A DNA stretch of 63,999 nucleotides, the filler included, from Chrysochromulina tobinii (Eukaryota): NCBI GenBank assembly GCA_001275005.1. It is 8 parts of 8 records of this genome, joined end to end, with 100 filler letters (N's around TTAATTAATTAA, not from the genome) between each part and the next. Parts side by side here need not be neighbours in the genome. Positions count along the whole stretch, not along the records: positions 27,133 to 46,449 come from JWZX01001310.1; positions 46,550 to 51,531 come from JWZX01001311.1; positions 51,632 to 54,728 come from JWZX01001315.1; 5 more parts are not named here. One strand, given 5' to 3'. Below, one piece after another: positions 43,963 through 54,828 of this stretch (positions are counted from its first letter, which is position 1; the number at the start of each line of letters is the position of its first letter). Under the pieces are notes generated by a model. It did not search any database and had not been told where the DNA came from. It was given only the letters and a program-made list of their open reading frames with translations. A program made the position numbers and the translations under genes.

Positions 43963-46347
43963 TCACGCGAAGCGAGCCTCGGTCGGCCGATTATTGAAGC
44001 CGGCCTGGTGCCCATAGCGCAGTGAGCGGTCCTTGAGCGCTGTCATGAGCGAGAGCACCTTAAACTTGTGCTCGCCGCTCATGGTCTTCTCGAGGATGCG
44101 CACCTGATGAGGGAGGCAATCGGCGCCAATCAAGGGCACTCGTCGGCACTCTCGATTGCGGCCGCACTCAGTCGCCGTGCCGAGGATGGTTGCCTCATTC
44201 GGATGCGCACCTCGACCGTGCAGCCGCAGTCGGCGGCGCTCGTGACGGCGCTGTGCGTGGCCGAGCCCGTCCGCTCAGCACGTCGCGTGGCTGTGATCAT
44301 CATGGCCTTGAAGACGGAGAAGCGTCCACCGGGCACGTGGCCGTCGATCTCAACGGGCTCGCACGCGCAGTCGTCGACGCACGTGACGCGCGCGATCCCC
44401 ATGTGCTCGTAGCTGATCAGGTGGCCCAGGATGAGAACGAACGGCTCGCCGCGCGGCAATCGGGACACGTCGAGGCAGAAGCGCGCCACGTCACCTGTGC
44501 GGAGGGGCGAGGGCGTCGTGGTGAGCACTTGCATGCAGGTGCCCACATGACAGCGCGTCGAGGCAGAAGCGCGCCACGTCACCCGGCTTGCGCCCGACGA
44601 TGCCCGGCTTCATCTTGGCATCAGTACCCTCGATCGTGTACGCAAACCCCACAGAGGTCGAGAGCTGGAGCCGATCGCGCAGCTGCTCGTCCTTGAGGCA
44701 GGTGCCCACTGGCGCTTCGTCGGCGTCGGCGTACCTGATGAGGGAGGCCATCAGGCACGCCACACACAGTGGCCATCAGTGGCCATCAGTGGCCATCCGT
44801 GGCCATCCGTGGCCATCAGTGGCCATCAGTGGCCATCAGTGGCCATCAGTGTGATTCGGCGTACAGAGGCGCGTTTAGCTGCGGCCCGCCGTGTTCACGC
44901 AGCGTCGCTGTGCACGTGGGGCCAATATGGAGGGCGTCGTGGTGGGCGTCCGGAGGGGCGTCTGCCGGCGTCGCCGCTGCTGCTGCCGCCGCCGCCGCCG
45001 CCACCGCCGCCACCGACGACGACGACGGCTGAGCGGCCGCGAGCGCGCGCTGATGATCGATCGCGCCCTCGATGAGAGTAACGACCATCTGCGCCATCAG
45101 TGAATGCCCCCACGCGGAGGGATGATGACGGTCATGGAACACTTGCTTAATCGGGAAGGCGCTCGCATTCGCTTTGAGCTCGCGAAACAGAGCGCCCCGC
45201 AGTGAGACGCAGGGCACGCCGTAGTACGCCGCGAGGTCGTTGATGGCGTCCTCGGCGCCAACCGTTGCGCCATGCCCTCGCCAATTGAACGCGAGGTCTT
45301 GCGGACTCGGGTAGGGGACCTGTGGGGAAGTGAGAGCGCATCGTGGTGGGCACTTTCACATGCTGGGCGCCGTCTTGGGCAAACCATGGACCTCCGCTGG
45401 CTTGGTAGGGTCGGAGGCAATCAGAGCTCATCAGAGCTCATCGGAGCTCATCAGAGCTCATCAGAGCTGATGAGGGAGGCAATCACCGTCGCTGGATTGG
45501 TAGGGTCGTAACTCCCATGCTCGAAGGGTAAGTGACCAATCTTTGGCACAATCTCCATCGTGTTGACGATGACGATCGCGGGCTGCGAAGGCAGCCGGAG
45601 CAGTCTGCGCAGCAGCCGCTCGAAGCTCTGCGCGTCGTCCGGCATCGCATCGAAGTTGACCGCATACTCGAGTAAGATCAGATCGGCGCCGTTAGGTGGC
45701 AGGTGCCACGCCACACAGTGCTCCATGTACGAAGGACCCGAGGCTGGCACCGCCCCCTGGAAGTGCTCGTGCGCCGCCAGCGGGAAGGACGCATTCAGGT
45801 ACTGGTAGACCTTCCAGTGATAGAGGGCGCGGCTCCTGCCCGTGGTGAAAGTCGTGCCGAACGAGACTGAGCCTCCGAGCACGCTCAGTCGTGTGAGGTG
45901 GCCGGCGAGGAGCTTCTCCGCGAGGCAGCGCAGGCGCTGCGGGTCGCCCGGGTTGACCAGGCCGCGCGCCAGCTGGCGCTCGCTCAGAAAGGTCCAGCGC
46001 GCATCATGCTGCTCCTTGTACGAGTTGTGCGGTGGGTGCCGCCAGATGCGCTTGAGCCGCGGCTCGCTCGCCGAGTAGAAGTTCTCGGCGACTGCGGGTG
46101 CCGACAGGCCAAGCTGCGGCGACGCGGCGGCGGGCAGCACCATAGCCGGCGACGGCGGCGGCGCGTGGCCGTCGTCGTCAGCGCCTCTTGGCGTCGCCGT
46201 CGGCCGTGGCGTGCACCACGTCGACTCCGGCGAGTGCGTCACGTGCTCGACCGAGACGGACAAGTGCTGCCACGACATGAGCGTGAGCAGCAGCAGCGAG
46301 TTGAGCACGCTCGACGCGATCAGCATGAGGTTTTGTGCGGTAGGCAT
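43963..46347 (-). CDS. SGNH-hydrolase-like type II membrane protein; exons 46347-45487, 45319-44865, 44734-44583, 44494-44211, 44103-43963
   Basis: N-terminal TM segment; blocks LGGSVSFG, GAVPASG, DLILLEYAVN, FERLLRRLL, D.HHPS.WGH; C-terminal T.SGEHKFKV. Four GT-AG introns restore the frame. Confidence 0.82.
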
Positions 46348-46549
46348 GAACACTGGTTTTATGTGTTGCGAGAGTTCGAGAGTAGCTCCTCAGATCCCCC
46401 ACAGGCGATCTAGAGGGAAGAAGTGGGCGAAGACCGCTTACACTAGCTTNNNNNNNNNNNNNNNNNNNNNNNNNNNNNNNNNNNNNNNNNNNNTTAATTA
46501 ATTAANNNNNNNNNNNNNNNNNNNNNNNNNNNNNNNNNNNNNNNNNNNN

Positions 46550-49500
46550 GGCGAGAGCGACGGCGGCGGTAAGGGCGGCGACGGCGACTTTGGGGGCGAG
46601 GGCGCTGGGGGCGGCATCAACGGCGGCGACGCTCGCCACGGGCGGGGGCCGCAGTCGACGCAGTCGGTGCCGTACGCGCAATTCGAGTACTCGGAGCCGG
46701 GGCCACCGTCGCTACAAGTGCTGTCGATTGCGTACATGCACGTGTTCAAGCAAACCGGAGGCGCTACGGGCGGCGCAGGCGGCGATGGAGGAGGTCTTGG
46801 AGGCGCTGGCGGCGATGGAGGCGGCGAGGGAGGCAACTGACAGAACGACTGTCGCGCCACCGCCTGGCACGAGCTCAGGCCGCTTTGGAGGCGGCGGAGG
46901 TGGGGGTGCAGCTCGCTTGCTGGCGACGAGGCTCCAAAGGAAGGTTCAGGAATGGGCAAACGATAAATGCCGACGCTCGCATGCCCTAAGCGAACGCCGG
47001 CTGACGAAAAAGCTGCTCGAGCCGTGATCGGATTGCTTCCTTAATGCTTGGGGCGACCTCCGGATGATTCTCGACGTAGTCGAGCAATTCGTCGGCAAGG
47101 TCCTTAGTCTCGTGGGCGGAGTCGGCGATCTCGAGTGGCACCTCGGAGGCCATGCGCCGGCCGTTGCTTGCGTCACACGCGATCTCACACTGGTTGGTGA
47201 TGGCGTTAAAGAAGGTGCTAGGGCCGAATGTCATGGGCGGGGGCGGGGGCGGCGGCGATGCGAAGGCGGGCGGCGGCCTCATCGGCTGGCGCGGGCCGCA
47301 GTCCGTGCAGTCGGAGCCGTAGGCGCACGTGGCGAACTCGGCGCCGGGACCGCCATCGCTGCAGCTGCCGTCGCCCGCGTTGAGACAGTTGTTGAGGCAA
47401 ATGTACCCAGGAAGAAGTGGCGGTGTGGGCGGAAGCTTCGGAGGCGGGGGCGGCCTTGCGAGGCGCGGGCCGCAGTCCGTGCAGTCGGAGCCGTAGGCGC
47501 AGAGCGGGAACTCGGAGCCGGGGCCGCCGTCGTCGCAATCGGCGTCGGAGGCGTACACGCACGTCTCGCCGCAGAGCAGCACGTTGGGTGGGTAAGGCGG
47601 CCTCGCCGGTGGCTTCGGTGGCGACGGAGGCGACGGGGGCGACGGGGGCGGGGGCGGCGTGCGCGGTGGCGGCGATGGCATCGAGACGCGCGGGCCGCAG
47701 TCGATGCAGTCGGAGCCGTAGGGGCACGTTGCGAACTCGGAGCCGGGGCCGCCGTCGCTGCACGCGCCACCGCCCGCGTTGAGGCAGTTGTTCATGCACA
47801 CGAAGCCGGGGTGATGCGGCGGCGGGGGCGGACCGCGGGGCGGCGACGGCGACCGCGGTTGGCGCGGGCCGCAGTCCGCGCAGTCGGTGCCGTACTGGCA
47901 GTCCGGGTACTCGGCGCCCGGGCCGCCGTCGTCGCAGAAGCCGTCCGAGGCGTACGTGGGCATTCCGATGCAACTATTGAGGCACACGTACCCAGGAAGA
48001 AGGGGCGGCGGCGGAGGCGCAGGCGGCAACGGGGGCGGCGAGGGCGGCGGCGGCGGCGACTTTGGGGGCGAGGGCGCTGGGGGCGGAATCAACGGCGGCG
48101 ACGCTCGCCAGGGGCGGGGGCCGCAGTCCGTACAGTCGCCCCCGTAGGTGCATCCCGTGATCACGTACTCGGAGCCCGGGCCGCCGTCGTCGCAATCACC
48201 GTCTGACAACCAGGGGCACGACGGTGCTTCGAAGCAAACCGAAGGCGCTACTGGCGGCGCACGCGGCGATGGAGGAGGTCTTGGAGGCGCTGGCGGCGAT
48301 GGAGGCGGCGACGGAGGCGAGGGCTGGGGCGGCGCGGAGGGCGGGTCGGGGTAGATCTCGAACGAGGGAATGACGAAGCTCGCCACGTTGCCGACCACGT
48401 TGCTAAAGGCCCAGTTGCCAACCCGGGTGATCGCCCGCCGCAGTTGCGGGACGGTGCCGGCGCGGGTGATGTTGAAATCGAGCTGACCGGCTGGGGCGTA
48501 GCCGCCCCGGTACGCGAGGTTGTCGTAGTGCCCATAGCTCACCTCACTGTAGCCGTCCTCGAGGGTTTTGGGGAGGTACGAGCGATCCGCCGGAAGTGCC
48601 GATAGATCACGCGTGCCGCAGTCAGTGCAGTCGGTGCCGAGGGAGCACGTGCCGGTATACTCGCTGCCGGGGCCGCCGTCGTCGCAGTCGCCGTCGGAGG
48701 CCCAGACGCACGTCTCGGTGCAGGCATTGGGGTTTGGGACGAACCATTGTGCGGCGGTGTTGTCGATGGCGCACAAAAACGTGGGATTGGACGTGTTGCC
48801 CACGTACGCGAACAGCTGGTCGCCGAGGTCGCTGGCCTGGAGGATGCCGCCGGTGAAGTTCCGCGCCTGGAGCACCGTGCCCGGAGGCACGTCCCTGCCG
48901 TCGCCGTTCGTCGCGGACCGGAAGGTGAGGTGGGGCTCGAGAGGGTTGCGCGCAAACGGGCCGGTGGGCGAGAGCCAGTTGTCGTCGGTCACGTAGAGCG
49001 TCTCCGCGTAGCCGAGCGTTCTGAAAAGGAGCAGGCCGAAATTGTCCGGATTGTCCGTCTTGATGGCGGTGAAGAGGCAGTCGCCCGGCATCAGCGGCGG
49101 CGGAGGCGGCGCCGCCGGTGGTCTCGGGGGCGGCCTAGGGGGAGCGGGCGGCGACGGCGGCATCTTGGGCTGGGGGGTCCTCGGGCTCGGGGGCGGTCGC
49201 GACGGGGGGAGGTTGGTGATGCGGTATCCAGCCGCCGGGACGACCTCGTTCATGGGGATCCAGAGCGTGTTGCTCGCAAACCAGTTGCTGCGCTGCCCCA
49301 TGGCCGCCAGCAGCAACTCACGGGAGCCTTGCGTGGGGGCCGCGGCTCCAAGGCCACCAGTGCTGGTGAGCACGGCGGGGCGCGTGTCGTAAATCCACTG
49401 ATCGAAATAGCCCGGCTCGTTCCCGGGGTTCCTGAAGTTGTGGAACAGATTCCAGACGGCACGGGGCTGGGTGGCGAAGCCTGGGATCATTGAGAACCCA

Positions 49501-51531
49501 CAGTCGTAGCCTGCACCAGTCGCGGGCGAAGCGCGGTTGCAGAAGCCGCACAGCATTTCTGGGTTGGCCTGCGTGCCACGGTAGACGATGAGGTCATCAT
49601 AAAAAGACAGGAATAGGGAAGGGCCCGTGAACTCGGCGAAAGTGAGGACGCTGCCGGCTGGCTTGAACGTGGGGGCCGTGTACGTCAGGTGGGTCTCGCC
49701 AGTGCTGAACGCAGGGGGGCGAGGGCCGCAGTCCGAGCAATCGGTTCCGCGTGTGCACCAGACAAACTCGGAGCCAGGGCCGCCGTCCTGGCAATCGCCA
49801 TCGGAGGAATAGTAGCAAGTGTCGGAGCAGCCTGTCAGATACGAGTTGTCGGTCACGAAGATCTGGTCGCCCGGGAACAGGTGATCGAAGAGCACGATTG
49901 CAAAGTCATCGGGGTCGTCGTGCTTGACGTAGATGATGGCGCACTCGCCCTGGTCTAGCTGCGGCTGCATTGGCGGCGGCGGCGTCGAGGGTGGAGAGGG
50001 CGGCGACGAGGGCGGGGGTGGCCGAGTCGGAAGAGGAGGCCTGTACGTGCTGCGCGGGCCGCAGTCCGTGCAGTCAGTACCGAGACTGAAATAGGCAGCC
50101 TCGGAGCCCGGCCCACCGTCCTCGCAGATGCCGTTCGACGCATACACGTAGCCGTAGCTGGTACCGTAGTAAATGCATGTGTCCAAACAAGTGATGACGC
50201 CGCCCGGGAACGCCGGGGGCGCGGGTGCTGGCGGCGGCGGCGACAACGGCGGCGACCGCGGTTGTCGCGGGCCGCAGTCCGCGCAGTCGGTGCCGTACTG
50301 GCAGTCCGGGTACTCGGCGCCCGGGCCGCCGTCGTCGCACCAGCCGTCCGAGGCATAGTATGGATTTCCGATGCACGTATTGGTGCAGATCGCAGGCGCT
50401 TCGGGCGGCGCAGGCGGCGATCGAGGAGGTCTTGGTGGCGCTGGCGGCGATGGAGGCGGCAAGGGAGGCGGTGGCGGCGGCGGCACGTGCGCCCCAAAGC
50501 AGATGATGAAGCCGCCGCCAACGACAACCGAGTCGGTAGACCACTGCAGCCGCGTGCCCGCAGACGCATTTCCCAGGTTGGCCATGGCGTTGAACGCCGC
50601 CACGCCCGATGTGGTGCCGCTGCAATATGAGCCCAGGGCGCACGAGGCGCAGTTCGGTTGACCGGGGCACATCCCGGGAGCGTACCCGGATGCAGAGTTC
50701 ACGGACGGGTACGAGATCCTGATCCAGTCATAGTTAGGCTCGACGTCGTAGTACACAGCCGTGATGGTCGACGGTGCGGTCGTCTGGATGACGCACTGCT
50801 CGTTGTTCTGGTGGAGGCCCTCGCCGTCCCACACGCAGGTGCCTATGCCCGGGAAGCTCGTGTGATTCGTCGACTGGCAGTGCTGCTGGCCCGAGACCAC
50901 GCAGAAGAGCTCGCCGCAGTCAGCCGGCGGTGGCGGTGGCGGTGGCGGCGGCCTGTACGTGCTGCGCGGGCCGCAGTCCGTGCAGTCAGTACCGAGCCTG
51001 CACCAGGCAGCGGAGGAGCCCGCCCCACCGTCCTCGCAGATGCCGTTCGACGCGTAATATGTGCCGCCAGAGAAAGGCGGAGACGGAGCGCATGTGTCCA
51101 AACAAGTGATGACGCCGCCCGGGAGTGCCGGGGGCGCGGGTGACGGCGGCGGCGACAACGGTGGCAGAGGCGGCGACGGAGACGGATCATATGGGCACCA
51201 CACTGTTGAGGACGCAAATCCTGTCGTCCTTGGACAACAACATGACGATCCCGATCCCGAACACCCCGGCACTCCATAACAATTCGAGCCCGTATTCTCG
51301 GTGTATCCGATGATGCAATATTGGTTTGAACACGCCGACCCACCGCAGTTGGAGCACGACGGGGGCGCAGGCGGAGGCGCACGCGGCGCAGGCGGCAAAG
51401 TAGGAGGTCTTGGAGGCGCTGGAGGCGGCGACGGAGGCGAGGGCGGCTGGGGCGGCGCGGAGGGCGGGTCGGGGTAGATCTCGAACGAGGGAATGACGAA
51501 GCTCGCCACGTTGCCGACCACGTTGCTAAAG
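46550..51531 (-). CDS. Large Pro-rich modular protein with about a dozen CxDGG Cys modules, a CUB-like domain and two D.PD.F...TDN domains; partial, probable frameshift near 47008
   Basis: Repeated C..TC..ASDG.C.DGG.G.E...C..G.DC.DCGPR modules; NEQC.I...YDVE..YD...W.TD..V..GGF.IC (CUB-like). The ORF continues in another frame after 46986. Confidence 0.78.
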
Positions 51532-51631
51532 NNNNNNNNNNNNNNNNNNNNNNNNNNNNNNNNNNNNNNNNNNNNTTAATTAATTAANNNNNNNNNNNNN
51601 NNNNNNNNNNNNNNNNNNNNNNNNNNNNNNN

Positions 51632-53565
51632 GCTCGGCAGCTCTCCCATCGAAGAGATCTCGTTCATCGACAACCCCATCTGCCTGAGCAGCTCGGTCGT
51701 GCGCAAGCAGAAGCTCGAGTAGGAGCTCGATGCGGACCTCAAGAAGCAAGCGAACGCGTCGCGATCGACACCCGCATCCGAGTGGGCCAAGGTGCAGCTG
51801 CAGACGCGCCAGGCACTCGCGGAACGGACGGCGCAGAGCGTGCCCGCCACGGCGCTCCAACAGGAGGACTTTGCGGCGGTGCTGCGACTCCCTAGGGAGT
51901 TACGTCAGGATCGTTGGCAGGTTCGTTGATTGCCAGTGCTCACCACAGCGCGCGCCCTCGGCCGTTGGCAGGATCTTGGGGGGTTGTATGGCTGGACGCA
52001 CCATGTATGGCTGGACGCACCATGCCTCGACGCCGGGGCGCGGTGGAAAGCACTTGCATGCTACGACGCCGGGGCGCTCGGCGCGCGCCGGCGCCGGCGC
52101 GAGCTCAGCGCGAGATCAACACGACCTGCCTGAGCGCATGCTGCTGCCCCTGCCACGTCATCTCTCGAGTCTCACCGACGAGCAGCTACACCAGCTGTGG
52201 GAGATGGTGACTGCGCCACAGCCCCAGAAGGAGATTGTCTATCGCTCCGGCGCGCTCGGCGCGATTGCACAGCTCATCATGATGCCGGGCAATCGGCTGC
52301 ACACACTGGACCTATCAGGTGTTGCGCTCTGTGGGCTGGATCCGGCGGGCAAACCCAAGCTCACCGGCGAGTATCTTTCGGATAGCATCGAGCTACTGTG
52401 CAATGCCATCGAGAGCGAGAATTGCGTGCTCAAGGTGAGTGGAGGGCCACTGATGGTCACTGATGGGCACTGATGGGACACTGATGACTTTTGATTGCAT
52501 TACCCACAGGTTCTCCGGCTCGAGCATAGCAAGATGCGGGAGGCAGAGGCACGCAAGATTGCCGCGGCGGTGCATCGGTCCCTGCGTCACGAAAGGCCCA
52601 TGCTCGATGCCCTCGTCGTGGAAGAGTTCGTGATCCCGGTGTCGACGCTGCTCGGATACGTGGTCGAGCCGGATCGCATGGTCGGGTTCGGCAAGACGAA
52701 TGCGCCTGTGGGGAAGAGCCGGCTCGACTGCGACAAGCACGTGCTCCTTCCGACCGAGCTGCGCGTGCTCGTCGACCTCCTAGGCGCCAACGAGGTGCTC
52801 GAGGAGATCTGCTTCACGGGCGCGCGCGTTCGTCATGAGCTTGTGTGGATGTCACAGACGATCCGGGAAGGGCGCATGCCACTCGTCAAGCTGCTGCTCG
52901 CCAACAACGGCATCTCGGCCATCCAAGGGCAAACTCTCGTGCACTCGCTCCAAAAGGGGGCGAGGCAGCTCCAAGTGATTGCCACTGATTGCCACCGATG
53001 GCCACCGATGGCCACTGATGGCCACCGATGGCCACCGATGGCCATTGGTGGCCATTGATGGCCATTGATGGATGACCACTGATGGCCACTGATGGCTACT
53101 GATGGCGCTCAAAGTGGGGTGAGTCAGCGTCGGGTTCTCGACTCGAGCCTCTGCGTGCAACGGATTGCCGTTGATTGCGACTTGATGGCACACTCAATGG
53201 CCGATGATTGCACTCCTCATCAGGTGCTCGACTTGAGCCACAATCCAATCTGCGGTGTCGAGGAGGCGCTCGACGGTGGGCGCCAAGAGTACGACACTCG
53301 GTGCATCGAAGCGCTCGCAGCCTGGTTGACCGGGCCGTGCCAGCTGCAGGAGCTGTACCTAGTGGACGTGGCGCTTTGCGGGCGCGCCAAGGACGGGAAT
53401 GGCATGTACCAGCCTGGCTGCTTGCACGTGCTCGCCGAGAAGCTGGGTTCGGAGCGGTGCTGGCTGCGAGATCTCGATCTGACGGGCTCGGCCATCCGCG
53501 AGGAGGAGACCTTCGCTCTTGGGCGCGGACTCGTTCATAACAACGGCTCGCTCCGCGAGCTCAAG
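51632..53565 (+). CDS. RNI-like leucine-rich repeat protein, partial; supported exons ...-52434, 52510-52974, 53224-53565
   Basis: LHTLDLSG, LK/VLRLEH, LVKLLLANNGI, LQ/VLDLSHNPI, LRDLDLTGSAI. The 5' exon has an in-frame TAG at 51720. The 5' junction and the link to ORF 53782-54728 are unresolved. Confidence 0.65.
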
Positions 53566-54828
53566 GTGAGGGCCGTTGATGTCGCTTGATTGAGCTTGAT
53601 TGTCGCTGAGTACCGCTGAAGCTCAGCAAACTCAAGTGGGCGAGATGGGCCTCGCGCCCCAGCTGATTGCGCTTGATTGCGATGGGAAGGCGCACAACTC
53701 ATGTTCCGGTGACTGCATGCGGAACGCCGTTGATGGCGATGGGAAGGCGCCTCCGATGACGAGGATGTTCCACCACGTGGGATGCGGATGAGTGACGGCG
53801 CGGGTGCCGGGGAGGCGCCCACTCCCTTGCTCGCCTCCGACGAGGACTTCGCTGCTGTGCTGCGTGACCTGGCAGACGCCACCAGCTCGCTCGCCGCCGC
53901 CGCCCGCGCGAAGTCGAGAACCATCTTCCCGCCTTTTCTCGCCGCTTCGCCCGCGGACACCGACCTGGCGGTCGCGGTGGCGGGCAGCGGGCTTGAGACG
54001 GCGCGCGTGTCATTGCTGCTCACGTACCTCGGAGGCACCGCGGCTGCCAAGCAGCTCGGCACGATCGGCGAGCCGCTGCCGCTGCTGCAGGTGCGCTTGG
54101 GCGCCGACGCTGCTGCCGCCGACGCCGCCGATGCCACCACGGGCGCTCATACCGCCGCCGCTGCCGAGGCGAAGCTGCTCCGCGCGCTGCTCACGCACCA
54201 AATTGCCCCGCTCATCCTCCGCACATGGGCTGGGGTCACGGCGCACGCGAAGGTCGCGCCCTCAATGGCGTCGTCGCAGTCGACGCAGTCGACAGGAGAG
54301 CGCGACGAGAGACGGGCGGCGCACTCAGAGCGAGAGCGTAAAGAAGTGGCGGTAGCCGCGGCGGCTGCCGTGGCCGCTGCCGCCGCGACCACTGCCGCCG
54401 CGACCGCAGCCGCCGCAACGCGCGTTGCGGTGGAGGGCAGCGATGCCGAGGCGGCCGACGGCGCCGAAGGGGGAGGGCTACTAGCGCCTATTGCTTGCCC
54501 GAACTGCTCGACGCCATTTGGCTCGAGCCGCCGCTTCTGCTTGCACTGTGGCCACGCACAGCGCTCGGCACAGCGCTCGAGGGCTTTGCTGCGGCCGAGG
54601 TGGAGGCGGACATTGCGCTGCGCTCCACAGCAAAAGTGGAGGCGGCCGAGGCCGCGGCGGCCGAAGTGGAGGCGGACATTGCGGCTGCCGAGGCGGAGCT
54701 CGAGGCGGCACGCGCGGCACAGCGCGAGNNNNNNNNNNNNNNNNNNNNNNNNNNNNNNNNNNNNNNNNNNNNTTAATTAATTAANNNNNNNNNNNNNNNN
54801 NNNNNNNNNNNNNNNNNNNNNNNNNNNN

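Noticed and set aside
46986..47012. Stop splitting the Pro-rich gene, considered as programmed frameshift or readthrough
   Set aside because: One extra T in a 5-base homopolymer restores the frame, so a sequencing error is simpler.
51720..51722. TAG reassignment (alternative genetic code)
   Set aside because: TAG terminates PDHA1 and NAA15 at their expected ends.
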